Shown: in pieces, positions 41,201 to 56,229 of the stretch
Layout of the letters: the number at the start of each line of letters is the position of its first letter
Position numbering within the stretch: the stretch's first letter is position 1
Source of the DNA: Balanoglossus misakiensis
Lineage: Eukaryota > Animalia > Hemichordata
Direction of reading: 5' to 3'
Assembly (NCBI GenBank): GCA_040954595.2
Contig: CM082576.2
Span: forward strand, 5,740,760-5,804,759
DNA: 64,000 nt
Position numbers and translations under genes: made by a program
Notes under the pieces: model-generated
What the model was told of the DNA's origin: nothing
Seen by the model: only the letters and a program-made list of their open reading frames with translations
Database searches by the model: none

Positions 41201-44200
41201 GAAGATGAGCTGATGAATTTTACAATGGAAATGCGGCCACAGATACACTCTCTTTCTGAAACAGAAGCCATGTTTATATTTATGAAAAATGTCACAGCCA
41301 TGACATTTTGGAATATTCCTCCACCTGTGCTAGGAAATCTTGGCAGTATAATGTGTTTTGCTGTCAGTAAATTTCTGTTGTTACCATGTCTGTGTTAATG
41401 TTTTGAGAGTTTCTTTCTGATGCATTAAGTTGAACAATGGATTAACATTAGATTTCCAGGTTTATACAGGTGTATGGTTTTTATATGACAACAATTTTTG
41501 TGCATTGCAAAAACCTTAAGAAAAGAGATAGGCAAAAGTTCCACATATGCTGTACTGTACCAAACAAATACAAAGACATGCACAAGATACAATGACGTCA
41601 GCTCAAGACAGACACAAGCATAATCAATGATTACTGATTCATGCACAATGTGTCTACATCAAATGATAGTTTTATACATGAAAGGGAATGCTACATAACA
41701 TGGTGCCTTTCTAATACCCTAAACCCTTTTTAAATTAATAGTTTAGAGGTCAATTTTATTTGTGATATTTTTAATGAGTAAATTATTTGTTAAAATCAAA
41801 ACACACCTAGCAATGTACACCCAATGGGATGTTACATGTGAGATGCCTGTATCAAGTAGTGTTGATCAGTTTTAAATTTTGGTGGTAAACGGTAAGGGAG
41901 GGAAAATGTTGAAAGTTTTGGTTCAGTGGATCGCAACAGAAACAGTACTTATGCATTTAGTTCTATTATGTGTTAATAAGTCTGAAAATTATGTTTAAAA
42001 AAATTAGGAACACACTCAAAAGTGTTTCAATTAGATTTTCTTGATCCAAAAAAGATGTATATCACAAATTCATCAGGGAGAATTTACTGCAAACATTGCT
42101 CCTAAAAAACCCTGTGTTTTAAGGTTCATGTGCTTGCATGATCAGTGAAATGGACTTCTGCATTGAAGCTAGGTGCAACATACAGTTTAGTTTGCTCATG
42201 TGCAGTTTATTTGTTGAAAATGGCGGCAGTGAAAACTGATGAAAAATCAACGACTGGCATATTGTGATTGAATGGAAGAATGACTAAAAACGACACACTG
42301 GATCTGACTGTTAGTATGATTTTAGTGTGTAAGCCATCAATGAAAACACACACAGAAGTGAGACAACACAAGGTGGATCAAAACACACGGTTTAGTGGAT
42401 GTTAATGCTACACTCCATCAAAAATACCTTCTCCATCATCATCATGACTTAAAGCATGCAGACTTTGTGTCAAAGAACGGTAGGCGTCCTCATCCTCATC
42501 ATCACCGACATCTCGGTTGTCAGCGCCTCTATAACTCCAGCGGGTGAATGACATAGTTGCGTCTATGTCCCCTGCTGTGAGGTCTTTTGCTTTTTTTGAT
42601 AAAATATAAAGTTTTTGTTAGTCTTTGCTCTTCTTGGATGAGCTCCTTTGGTAAAACCTTAAACAAAACATTTACAATGGTTAGCATTAATGGTTGGGTA
42701 TCTGTGTGACCGTATTTCAGTAAAAATGAAATCCCTAAATAACCGACAATTACCCCATTTATGCCACCATTTATCTATTTATACCAAAACCTGAAATAAA
42801 TTGCTGTTAATCCTGCCAAAACAAAATCACTTTTGATACCACCAAGACCAACACTCGTATGCTGCAGTGGTCAGCAGGCTTTAACTGCACTTTTAATGTC
42901 AGATAAATCAATGTACCCTTTAGATGTGAAATCAATGACTACTGAGCTTCTGTGGTAACAATTCAAGATTATGTTGGGTTATCCTTCCATATTGTTGAGT
43001 GAATTCCCCCTTCAATAATTGACAGGCAGGGCATACATGTACGGCCCATCAAATTGTGTAAATCCTACAATTCCACACTGGATAGAACACTGAGTTTTTT
43101 TCCTCCTGACCTCGGAAGATTTTCAAAATATTTTGTTTGGCCAACGATTGGAAATGTCTAAGCCAGCCTTAAATGAGAAAAGCAGATGTTTTCACAGAAG
43201 CCATGAAACCATTGACTTCACATAAGTTGTTATACACTAAGAGCTATGCCACCCTAAAATGTACACACACCTAAAAGCATGCCAACAAACACCACTCATC
43301 AACATACAGCAAAACGCTAAACACTTTATCCCCATGGCAACATTAACCACTTACTGCTGTAGCAACAGAAGCTTTTATATGCAAAGATGCAAACAACACC
43401 TTTTACAGCATATAATGATCTTGTTCATTGGAAAAGTGTGTGAAAAACAAAGGAACAACTATTGTCTTGCCCTTGGCAGGTGCAAAATATCATCGAAAGA
43501 GGATGAAATGCGATGGTCAAAAAGTACATGTACGCTATATTTTGTTATATAATGTGAACATTTCTCATAATTATTGTACAGTATAGCTTATTGCTATATG
43601 GAAGACATCTACATAGTAAACAGTCACTAAGAAACAATGTAAAATTTGAACTGCTCAAATACAGTCAACATACAAATTTGTGCACACGTTTCTATTCAAA
43701 ATTTGCAGCGGATAACATCAATTTTTACTTTTAGTAATGAAATGCAACTTATGGTCAGTGGTATGTGATACATATATGTATATAACTTTTCATTTTTAAA
43801 CAAAAAATGTGGGCAAAACAAAAGTGTTTTGGTGAAGACATGGAAAGTACGACAGAGAATCAAGGAAAAATGTGTTTTTACCTTTTTGTGAGGAGACATG
43901 AGAAGCAGCCCTGGATTTCTTGGTGGCAACGGAGGCTGGATAGCTTTCCCCATCGGACTCATCAGACGTTCCAAAGTCTGCAAAGTTGTACGACAAAAGA
44001 GTCAACATTGGTGGCAATTATTGGCCGGTATCAGTCTCGGATGTGAAGTTACTTGCGTCTGCTTCAACAGAACACAGTGGAAATAGTACGTGACCTAGTC
44101 GTGTTGTCAAAGTCTTGCACTATATCTCCACTAAACTCAAACTGCCCCATTTCCTTTTAATGATTATAGATAGAGTACACCTGGACTCAGTACCTGAAAC

Positions 44201-47200
44201 TACACTGACATATTTCATGCCAGCTGAGAGGGCTAATGATTTGGTTGGCTGAGTAGGTGTTTTTTTCCATCTGACATGATATGGCGAACCCGAACAACAC
44301 TGTGCTTTAAAACAAGGTGAACTAAAACCTATAAAATTCATTTGTGTGAAATTTTATCGCACAGATGAGCAGATTGTCACAGCAAATCAGATCCAGGAAA
44401 CCTCATTGTGCTGACACCCTGAAAAATGTCTAAAGTTGTCATAAAGTAGGCTGATGAATGCAATGAGGGCTTACCACAGTTGTTTTGACAAACCAATATA
44501 TCATGTTTACTACAGAACAGGATGGAGTCATTTGTACTACATTAACATGCTTGAGTTTTTCAAGTGAAACCCATTCATCGTATTTGAATCATGACTAATG
44601 GAGGAATCACGCACGCTAAAGTGAAGTCCTTAATCATGACCTTGAGCTTGGTACATGTACATGTACTTAATGAAGATGCAGGTGTTGATTGAGGGAGGGA
44701 GAGTAAATTTACTAGACTGGAAAGAGTGCAAGTATTTGAACGTGTAGACAATTGAAAACTATTTCTACATGTACTGTGTGATGTGTATGTACTCTAAGGA
44801 GGGTAAAAGTACAATACAGTAAAACCTGTTTAAACCAGATACCAAAGGGACTGGGAATATTATTCAGTTTGCAGAGGTGTCTGGTTTATAGAGGTTCTTC
44901 TTATATGTGCTTTTATGTGAAGGGGACTGTAAAGGGTGTTTGGTGTAGACAGGTTTCCAGATAAGACAGGGTTCAGTTTAGACAGGTTTTACTGTATACG
45001 GGGGAAATCAGATTGTGGATAAGGTAGAGTGAATACTGATTCAAGATGGTGGTGGGGAGATAAGTCTTTTTCTGGGAATACTGGGAAGGATCACACAAAT
45101 TCAGTGTGCAAGGGTGAGACCATTTTAGGTGGGAGGGTAAGACCATGCCTGTGCAATGGGGGAGGGGTTCAATCTTTTTTATATTGAATGGTGAGTATTT
45201 GCACACACAAAAGGAATATTTCCATAGGAAATGATAAAATATTTCTTGTGTGATGAAAAATATTGATTAAGGAATTGTTAAGGCATTTCTACCTGATTGA
45301 CTGTCACAGTCCACAATGTTATATTCGCTTTCTTCAGCAAAATGCACGAGTTTACGATTACCGGTTGCTGTAAATTTTATTGTGCGATTTCCCATGTTGG
45401 CGGCAGTGAAATAAATTACATATTTTGATGCAAGAGTATTGTTTAAGTGTGAAATACACGAAATACACATGTGTATTTCTTTAAACTTAGCAACGTTATG
45501 TGAAATCAAACAAATGGAATCATTGCACTGGCATGCTGGAAATCAACATCACATGCAAACTTTGATGTAAAAAGGTTGCCAAAGATTATCTCCAGAAACA
45601 AAAAGAATCCACTCAATAAACTGTGCACAAATAAATGTTCACAACGAAGAAAATCATTAAGAATAATGAAAAACATATCATTCATAAAGAGCGAAGTCAT
45701 AGCACCATGATGTTCCGTTGAGCTGTTCTTCACATGAGCAGTTTCCATGGTGTACCGCTTGTTGGAAAGGGCTTAATAAATTGACAGAATATCGTTGGCT
45801 TATTTGAAACAAAAGCCTACAACTTTGCCCTTTTCAGCAAAAAGCTGCTTCACCAATAAGTGAGTTGGAATGTGCAGAAAGTTCTTGCAAGCTTCCATGC
45901 TTCGAAGTATTTTTGTGAAGGTATGTATGATATTGCATGTCAGTGGCAGCTATCAATGCCATGCTTTATCAAATAAAACCCAATCCATGCAACCACACCA
46001 ATCAGACAAACAATAATATACCGAGAAATTCAAATAATTTCAAACGGTAGTATAATGAGACTGTAAATAATGAAGAGAAATTAGTGACCTATGATTGGTC
46101 GCTATATTGTAATATTCTGATCAGTGAAGCAATTTCATTCAAAGACATCTCATTTTTCCTTCAACGTTTCATTATCAACGTTTCATTATCAACCTGTTGA
46201 ATCTTGCACACGATAATATTGAATTCACCTGATTCACTGAACAGTTGTTAGAATGTTAATAAAATTAACTTAAGAATTATAATAGACCTTTTTCCTGTTA
46301 TCCCAGGATGCATTTCAACAGTATTTATACAACATATGTTGTATAAATGATGCAAAAATTAATGATTTGTGTCCAATTTTTGTATCTGCTTCAATGATCA
46401 GATTACATGTATTTTAAAGTATGCCATACCAACAGCAAACAGGGGAAAAGCAGTTTATGGGTAAGGCGTACATCTTCTCCAAACTCACCAGTTTTATTTG
46501 CATCAGTCACTGCTCCAAACGAAGTCACCGATTCGTGGTCCACACCAATAGCGCCCCCAACGCTGATAGCTTCACCTTCAGGACCATAGATCACACTACC
46601 ACTCTCTGTCGTAGAAATGTGACACGTACATGAACTTGAACTCTTAAATGCCAGGTTCTATAATGGTCACGTCTTTTTGAGAAGTGTCAGGTTTTGTAAT
46701 ACCATACTGTATAATTTGGATATCTTGTTTCAAATTGGCTGTGAGCACTTTGCCAAAATATTTTGTGTGTAGGAATGGCACAGAAATCATACTATTGGAA
46801 TAATACACTGTGAAAGTTAAACTAATAAGATGCGACATACACCCACCTTTCTTTGACGATTTCACACTACTCCTATAACTTTTCAGACTTCCACCTTTGA
46901 AGGAGTTATGTACACTGATAGCATCACCCAGACTTTCTGTACTGCTTGCCAGTTGAGATCCTCCAGTCAAAATTGGTCCACTTGCTGCACAGATAAAAAC
47001 AATTACTGTCAACTATCACTTCAAATATTAAAATTTCTATGGACCTTTATAGAATTGTATGTAATTTTGGAGCCTTTTTCTATTGAAAATTTGAATTCAA
47101 TAGATAATATGGAAGGATACAAGATAAAGACAGACAACTACTTTTTTACCTTTGCTGCTGAGACTATGCTTAGACGATGACTTTTTCAGTGTTGATGATT

Positions 47201-50200
47201 TGCTGGATTTTTGGGAGGGGTCTCTGAATAAGATTTCATTTTCATCAATGTTGATTTCCCAAGCATCAGTTTCTGAGGAACCTATGGTGAAAACAAGGCA
47301 TTATATCACTCAAACTGGAAGCACCAACCATCAAGAAACCTTCAAAGTCTGTGACTGTCAGACATGCAATCAAATGAAAGGGCAGATGTGGCCTGGAGCT
47401 GAAACTTCCAAGAAGCCCTTTGTATCCTCAGACAGATCATAATGTAGATAACATCCTTGAAAATGGTGAAGTACATCTGACTAAAATTAAGGCCATTTGC
47501 AGAAGTTTGTTTTGGAACCATGCGAAAGTCAGTCACCAAACCCAATTGGGGGAATTATTAATCAGAGGGACTTAACCCTTTCACCTCCATTTTCACTGTG
47601 TGAAGGTCCCACATCACCATAGAAAACAATGGCATGCATATATCCTTGCTCATAATTCCAGTGCTTATCATGCAAAATTCGGGAAACAGATTGCATCCAC
47701 CATTACAAGGTTTCATACCAATGTCATCAAAAATGATAACATGACTATTTCTTGAATCAAACCCCCTGGTCAAGTTATTTATCGTACACCAACAAGAAAA
47801 CATTGTGTGAATGATATCAGACGAAACTGTGAACCCTGACCGCTTTACTCCTTGAGATGGGTTTAGAAGGACATTTGTATACCAATCCCCAGGCAAGAAC
47901 TCATAAAAAGATTTACCATGGTTACCACATGTGTAATCACCAAGTCTCCAATGAATTAAGCCTCACCTCTATCTTTCAAAACAGGTGATCAAGCTGAGCC
48001 ATAGAGAAACAGAAAACAATCAATTTGTGTTTCGCAACACTTTGTTCAAATCCATCTACAATCTTTGCAATAATGACTGACACACAGTACATTTTTTGGT
48101 ACTATGCTTCATGTGTATAGACATTAAAGTTGCAAGAAAATTGAACACTTTATATCGAGCACTGTTTGTCTATGTAATGGACAATTTATGTATAAGGCAC
48201 ATATTGGTGCTACAACAGATAAAAGATATAAAATGATCTGATCTCACAAGATCTGAATGGTACATTTAGAAACAAATCATTTTGAACCCTGCATTAATAA
48301 CTGAATACTTCCTTAGTTTTTGACATAACTTACTTGCCCATCCTTCACTAAGCTCACTCTCTGTAATAGTGGCTGGTTCCGACTGTCTGATAAAAGTCTG
48401 TTGCGGGGTGGGAGGTTCCATTGTAATGAGAGGTGGACCCTCTCCATCACCTCCACCAGCCCTCTGCATCTGTCTTGTACTTGGAATTGGAGGCAAGGTT
48501 GGAATTGCAGCCATACCAACTGTAGTGGGGGAAAAAATCGACATTTAGATTTCTGACAATTTCCTCCCTTTGGGTGTTTTGTCAAAACTCTCTATCGCAA
48601 AATATGATGAGTACCGGTATACCGGTATATTTGAAGATATCTTTATTCCTCACATTTTTTCTCTCGCTTGACAGCTTTGGTGTATTCTTGTTTGACATTT
48701 TTGTCTGAGTAGACCGCCTTCTCGCCGTCATCGATCAATTTGGTGGAGTTGACGCTGACCATCACCTGAATAAACAGAAAATGTGGAATATGGTTAGGAA
48801 CAGAAAGACTGTTGAATAGTTTGTATCCAGTTACAGTGGTCATTTATGAATAAATCACATCAGTCGGTTGTCTACAGATTTACCAACTGAATCTATACTG
48901 CAGAGAGATTGATGATCAGTAACACTGCATATTCATTATAGGGGTGGCATGCATGCTGTGCTGGAAAAAAACATTACTAAAACGCTGGCAGGATGGTGAT
49001 AGGATCATAAATCATGTTACATGTATATTTGTGGACTGGAGCTGTTTAACCTGTACCATATATACATGTAGTTTCATGTCTTTTTCATAAGCGTGCTGTA
49101 AATTCAACCTGAGACAATTTGACTTAACAAGCTGTCGACTCAACATGAAAGTCTGTTGCAGAGTGCCTGCCATGTTGCTTCACTTTCTCAAAATCAGCAT
49201 GGCAATAATTGTAGAGATGTATAATATACATGTACATGTATATACAAATGTAACAAACAACACACAGGGAATGTTCCTCTGAATGAATGCAGACCTGTGT
49301 ATACGTCAGATGTAGACTGCATGCATCCCTTGGAGGGATGTACAGGGACATTGTGTGGGCACGTATCTCTTGGTCAGAGATTGTTTAGGGATATCTCTAA
49401 GAGGAATGTATCTTGGAGGGATAATTAGAGGACTAGGGGAAGAAAGTGTCTTGGGGGTTGACTCTTTCATACCCAAGTAAAAAAACAATGTGTTTCATGA
49501 CAACAGACAAATGGAGGGGAAGTGCACGCCATGGTTCTACAATTACTTGACTTACTTCACTCTCTACTTCGTTCTCTAATTGTTCCTCAGTTTCCTCATA
49601 AATGACAGAGTCACAATGAGAAAGTGTATAATCCTGAGGCATTGTGAGATAGCGGGTGAAAGAAGTAACAGTGACAGTGGGTGTCATACACAAGGACAAT
49701 CTTTGCATCATAAAAGACAGGAAGACAGAAAGGAACCTTGAATTCTTTCTTCACCAAAAATCACACCAAACAGGCAACAAAAATACTCTGCAATCCTGGG
49801 GATCTGTCTTGGTAGATTTTATATAACCTGCCCATGCTCTCGAAATGCATGCAGTCTGCAGTCGTTTGTGAAAATACAATGTTTGCATGTGGGCAACGTG
49901 GTGGCAAGCAACAATCAGGAACAAGTATTAAAAATTCTACAAAAATTAGCCCCCTACAAAAAACGACGACCAAAAACCAACGCACATAAAAAAAACTGTC
50001 ACCAGGACTAATTCCTGTTTCCATGGCTACAAGCCTGACCCCGAAACTACTACAACCTATTAAAATACACTCCTGGTAGGTGCCCAATTAAAGCTTCATG
50101 CACTACTGCTTGATATCAAATTGGTTCAATCTATCTTTCGTTACACCTGTAATCAACCACATAGCAACATGAAGGTGGATGCCATTTTTGTGCAGACAGG

Positions 50201-53200
50201 AGCATAGTTCCTGTCTGTGTTAGCATATTTCCTCAGCAATAATATCAATCTTTTCCTTATGACTGCAACATTGTATGCATCATTCTGTTGCCATGTGATT
50301 GTTCCAGTTGTGGTTGGTGCAACAGCGTGTCACACTGGCTGTATGAAGTGATTACAGTGGCAGGTGTGTTTGGGAACCTCGGTAGGGAAGGGGCGTGCCT
50401 ATGTTTCATGCTTGGTGATGTACATGTTGGGTTACCAGTACATGTACATGTGATTGCATCCGTGATTCTAGGAGAAATTCCATCATGGTATCACTACAGC
50501 CTCCATGCAATATTTCTAACTTACAGTGGCCTGTGAAGGGTGCATGGTGCCAATACCAGAGTCCTACATGACAGAGTGAAATGTTACCATTAGTGTGAAG
50601 GAATAAGAGAAAGAAGGGACAGACGTAGAAATGGCACAATTAGTAACTGTTGTATGAAAGACCTAATGATGGCTTGGCTTTCCATCTTTGATGACCTCAC
50701 GCCAAAACACCAACCAAGTACAATACAATATTCTGATGGGAAAGTATGATATAAAAAAAATCACCATACACAGCATAGCATGCTAAAACTTCCCAACCAG
50801 ACAGTGATAAAAAGGGCAAAAAAACTGTCAAATCCAGGGTCAATTGCCAAGTGTGGTTGCAATCTAATGATTAAAATGTTAAAGGACAAACTATATGTGG
50901 ATTTTCTGTGTCTACATAAAAGAGAACTCTGTGCTTTGACTAAAGACAACTACATGTACATGTAATATTTATTGTGGCATTGCTTCAAAATCCATCATGC
51001 ATATCTTTCCCCATTAAACTCCTAATTCACACCACCAAAGCTTGGTTCTCCACTCTCGTTGTGTTCAATCGTATGGTGTGAAGCCATCCATACAGAGAGG
51101 GCTGGTGTGAGGGGACAAATAATTGATTAAAACCACAGTGCAGAAATACACGTTCCTCCCATGTCATGCAAACCAACACCTGCATGCATGTGATTGGTTT
51201 AAAAAACAGAACCCTAAATTACACAGGTGTGCTTCACTAATTAACATGGCAGTAGTGGTTCGGATGTCGGAATACCTGTGTGTCGCGTTCCAGTCCTTCC
51301 TTGGGAGTTGTTGGCTGCTATTTACGAAAATAAAGCAAACTACTAGCACATAATGCAACATAAAAAAGAACACTTTCCCAAAATTGGTCAAGATACATGT
51401 TAACCCATATCACATTCTTACGTCTATGTGATACTGAAAATGCTGATAGCCTATTGACAGACTGATATTTTTTATAATCAATTTAAAAGAGTGTTCTGAA
51501 CAGAATTATCAATAGCTTGCAAGTATCTTGGCTATCTTAGTGAATATTACTCACAAAATTGCTGTTCATTGTCAGCCTCTCTTGTGACTGCAAGATGGTT
51601 TCTAACAACTGTTTCACTTACATCAATAGCTTGTTCCATATTGATATCTCTGATGCTCGGTGGCGATGGAGGCCTTGGAGTCTTGCCTCCGAGTTTGGCC
51701 ATGGACTCTTCCAACATCTGCTGCTGATGATGCAAGGCACTCTGTACAAGTAACCTCTGCAGGACCTTATGCTGTTGCTCTCTCTCCAGATCGGCGTAGG
51801 AGACGGCGCGAGCTTTGTCGTCTTCGTCTCGTGCGATCGCCGCAATTGAGCCGTGCACTGAACCCTTAGAGTCTTTGCCCGCTGACCCTGTGCGACCTTC
51901 TGAAGGAGTGTCTGAAGAATATAAAATGAAAATTCCTTCAATAACATATTTCTAGGAAGTAGCACTGTAGCCATGCTGATCGTCAATACAAAATAAAGTC
52001 AGGTTCGATAGCACTATATAGCTCATGCTTCATCATTCATCAGACGATCTATAGAGTGCTATCGAATCTGATTTTATTTTATATTTCTAGCAGCAACTGA
52101 ACAATATTTTATAGAACATTTTTCCTTGTCCTTCTTGAACATCTCAAAAGTAATAATTACAACACACAGATGCACAAATCTTTTCTCTCACCTGAGACTC
52201 CGCTGTCAGGTCTGATTTTATAAAACTCGTAACTTTCTAGACTTCCCGGAGACATCAGCATATTCCTGTTGATTCTGTACGGAGTGGGATTATCCGACAG
52301 ATCATCATTGATCCGTCTGTACAGGTGTGGTAGTAAGGCGTTCTGTTGGAACAAATTCTTGTCCCAGATGTGACCTTGTTTTATAGGAGAAAGAGAAGTT
52401 GAAAGCAAATGAAAACCAATCCGAAAGAAATGTCATACAAGTCAGATTACTCATGTCTGTCTTTTGCACAGTACCACTCAACAAATTGAGAAATCAACCA
52501 TATGCAGTGTGGAGCATATGACAATAAATTTGAAGTTATTTTGTTTACATGTACGTCTAATAGATTATACAGTTTGTGATTTCTCAAAGAGTAAAGAGCA
52601 AAACTCAGATGTCATATTATAGATTTACCCTTTTTTACAAGACAGTGTCACTTCAAGATAATTAAAAAAATCATACATGATTATTTCAAAGTGTTCATGT
52701 TAGTGGTGATTCAGAATAGCTTTCTGCGCAAATGATTATAAACTGTGGTGGAAGTATCTGCTCAAACCTTTTGTCCTAAGTGTGTTCAGAATTGTGTCAT
52801 CCCAGCTTCTTGACCAATTCGCCATGTACCGTTTAGCTGAAAACCCCGGGCGCACATTTCTGAATTCTGGCAGTTTATTTCGGCGAAGAAAATTGAAATA
52901 CATCTGTTCAGCATTTCCCTCATCGCCATCCTGCAAAGTCAAGAAATAAATATCAGTTTTTGTTTGATAGTAATACATGTACATGCTTTGATTTTTGTCA
53001 AAAAAATTTAAAAAGTGAAAGCATTAAAAAATGTGTAAACATTAAACTTTTCAATATTTTGGGGGGCTTAAAAGACAACAAAACTGTTTAACCATGCAGT
53101 ACAAAAAAATTAAGATCATCCATGAAAGGCAGAATTTCGAAAATAACATGCATGCAAAAAAGAGACTCATTATTCATCTCAGGAGGGATAAAATGATTTT

Positions 53201-56200
53201 TCCTCCAAGAAGCTCAAGTTTATAACACCACACCAGTGCACATAAATGCTTTTAAAGCATGTTTTTTTTTGGTGAAACCATAATTGCACCACTGTCAAAA
53301 ATCGAATTCATACTTGAATTGTCTGCCTGTTAATGACCAAAAAAAATTACTACGACACACATGTACATGTACCATGTGCTGTACATAGCATTTTGAACAA
53401 GTGTCTGTAATACAAGTGTTGTCATTAATATTTATTAGCACTCAGGGGCATCTGGGTAACAAAATGTAAGTTGCAGGAAGTGCACAGGGTAAAGATCCAA
53501 ACATTTTGTCAGGATTATGTCAATTTTCACATCTTGCAAAATTGTGTACTGTAATGATTGTTGGTTTATATACGAAGATTGGCACATCAAGTCAGACCTC
53601 TCATGATAGTTAAATTTAGTATAAAGCTTTCCACTTAATAATGCAAACAGTAAACATCAATGGGTCCGATTCAGACTGATTGCTTTGCTATGAATCCTCA
53701 GAGATAGCAAGTATGGATGGTTTTGTCCAGTCAGCAATCCAATTATGCATTTTCTTTAGCTATCAGATTAGAATGATCATCTCATTAGATGTTCCTCAGT
53801 TGCCATGGCATTATTGAATATCCAAGGACACAGTTCCCAATCAGGCAATAGCAACTGGAAAACTGCCTGTATATTCCGACTGATTCCGAAATGCTATCGA
53901 CAGGAATTATGAATACTGTAAATTATTCATCACACAGAAATATCACAGGTGGAATATATACCCTTAGGGAACCTCATAAGCTGGGGGCAATCAGATTTCT
54001 TAGAAAAATCACATCCTGCTGGTTTTATTTGAATTTTAATGAATAAGTAATGATACCGTTTAGCAGATACCTTTAGGGAACCTCATGTACAGTACCATAC
54101 TACTGGGACAGTCAGATTTCTCAGGAACACAACATCCCTGCCACTAACCTTGGACTCATCAAATATTTACTTTCTCCACCCACAGACATTCTCTGATTAG
54201 GACAATTCTCTGAATCCAATGCAGGTATCATATGTTAAAATATTAATTCTGAGGGAAATGTGTATATCAGTGCTAATGTTGCGGGGGTTTTCATTGTGAC
54301 GGTACAAACGGGGAAAAACATGCGGTGACAACTTTGATAATTTGCTGTGTAAGAAAAATCGTTAGACCTAATGTACACATATAGTGCTACACCAATTTTC
54401 AATTAATTCTGCGAGCATTCTTATTTAAGGAGTTGAGTGCCAAAGTGTTGATTGAAGCATTTAATGTCAAGTATGTGGCATGCATTTTCAAGCGTTTTTT
54501 TCTGTTTTGTTGCACACACACACTCTGGCCACATGCAACTCACCCCTTTTGGTAGGAAAATAACCCTTGCATTTTGATCTTGCTACATTGAAATGAAAAA
54601 ATACATGTTAGTGAAATGAACATAATATCTATGTATTTCACATTACAACAATGTCATTTACATGCAATATGGGATGCTGGTTGGGTAAGCATACATGAAA
54701 CTAATTTTCAAATCATGTTGAATGAAAATGTATGTGTAAATACTCCCAGTTACAAAAAAACAAAACAATATTGGCTATACCACTAGCCTAGGGTATAAAT
54801 TTTGCAGATTTCTTCAGTTACAGTAACTTTTAGAAATTAATAAAAGTTCTTGATATTCGACAAATTCCACTTACACTGATTCCATAATTAAGCACAGCAT
54901 TGCGAAGATCTTCAATTGTCTTCATTTCGAACCCATCGAAATCTTCAGCTTCCAAGGCCTTCTCATGACCTTTGTATCTTGTTGCCTTGATAGCCATGTC
55001 TTCAGAGAAGAGCAACATGGCGCCTTTCCGCGTGAGAAATGTTTTATGCAGTGGCAGTTCCCTGGGTGAGTCGTCATATTTCTCATCTCCTTCCCATGCT
55101 ACTTTTTGCTCAATCGGAGGCAAGTAAACTTTTCTCGACTGGATATTGAAATAATCCTGTAGGACAGACAACAATATTACATATACATCTGTGTTTATTC
55201 AAAACATCACTTGTTATTTTTTCCATAATTTCAGCTATAATAAATCAATTAATTTGACCAGTCAACATACAAGACTTGAGACTTTGACAATTAAAAACAT
55301 CCTGAAATTAATATCAAAATTATTATGATTAAACGATCAGTTCTATATACATGTATGCTCACAATATCACCTATGCAAGAATATAGGGGAATTTAGGAAT
55401 TGATTTTTCATTACTTCAGTAAAAATAAAAACGCTTGTTTGCTAAATATTGGACACCTGTAAATGTAGAAAATTTAACATGTTAAATTCTAAATGAGTTC
55501 ACGACAGAAAAAAAACATTTTCCTGGTGTGAATCTGTGAACAATCATATTCATTTATTCTGATCAAAAATTATCAATCATGCGACTATTGACTTAAAATA
55601 AATAAAAAACAACATGGCACCTGGCATTTCCTGCGTTTTATAGCCTATCAGTATCACACATTTTTACATGCATCTGTTTGGCCCTTATAGTGAAGGTGCA
55701 ATGTGTTTTTATAAGATCAGGGTCCCTTTTTCTTTGAGGGACTGTGATAAGATCAAACAAGATCAACAGGTTGCTTTTCAGTTTTTTAGGCACCTTTGGA
55801 GAACATACAAAGAGAACAACTTGTCTTTATGTTTTGGAGGTCAAATCTGAAGGTCCACTTGACCACAGGTGCACTTGACATTGCCATATATTTTTTCAAG
55901 TACTTGTACTTATGTAAACTTAATATGATTTGAGATTGAGACTTTGTTGAACACGTATTTCCAGACGCATACCCTTGTAAATACTTTCTTAAGTGAGTTT
56001 ATAGACTCAAAATGTAAACATCGAGTAGATTTATACTTTATATAATTACAGTATTAGTGTTTGTATAACTATATAATCGAAGAACCGGTTTCATAGCATA
56101 CCAATATACACTAACGATCACGATTCTCATTAAATTTACCTCTGGTTCGAGAGAGACATCCAACTTCTTGTGCCCTTTCTTGTCTGTTTCGTTTCCAACA

Positions 56201-56229
56201 CCGCGACTGAGTAATGACAACCCCGCCAT
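26228..56229 (-). CDS. KIAA2012: KIAA2012-like large protein (DUF4670-type C-terminal charged coiled coil), about 25 exons; the middle exons are low-complexity and less certain
   Basis: N-terminus MAGLSLLSRGVG..KLDVSLEPE|DYFN..LPLHKTFLTRKGAMLLFSE matches my recollection of the KIAA2012 N-terminus (LSLLSRG..LEVYFEPEDY..PKTFSTRKGAL); FVVGKP motif; E/R/K-rich helical exons at 27394-26228 ending FNRSLQSEAHGLDHTQDINPAFIWSYFELL; phases checked for many internal exons. Confidence 0.82.
44817..44994. mobile_element. Tc1/mariner (pogo/Tigger-type) MITE, 178 bp, intronic in KIAA2012
   Basis: TA on both sides; TIR CAGTAAAACCTGT(T/C)TAAAC, 18/19 match; internal repeated AGACAGG/AGAGG and AGGGACTG motifs. 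Confidence 0.8.
51985..52085. repeat. Inverted repeat (37-bp arms, 4 mismatches, 27-nt spacer), probable MITE/foldback remnant
   Basis: AATACAAAATAAAGTCAGGTTCGATAGCACTATATAG versus the reverse complement of 52049-52085, AATATAAAATAAAATCAGATTCGATAGCACTCTATAG. Confidence 0.75.
53957..54140. repeat. Diverged local direct duplication (two copies of ~65-75 bp)
   Basis: ATACCCTTAGGGAACCTCAT..CTGGG..TCAGATTTCT..ACATCC occurs near 53958 and again near 54067. Confidence 0.6.

Noticed and set aside
45263-46270. Possible non-autonomous repeat (Crypton-like ends with TGATTG motifs) in a KIAA2012 intron
   Set aside because: No clear termini, TSD or coding remnant could be defined by eye
2381-47631. TTAACCCTTTCACC-starting fragments at ~2381 and ~47572, like piggyBac-type MITE ends
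   Set aside because: Each has only one recognisable end; degraded common repeats, too incomplete to delimit
49306-49711. Open frames in a KIAA2012 intron (EETEEQLENEVESE; STPKTLSSPSPLIIPPRY) as extra exons or a nested gene
   Set aside because: No consistent splice sites, phase or recognisable homology; could be revisited with RNA-seq
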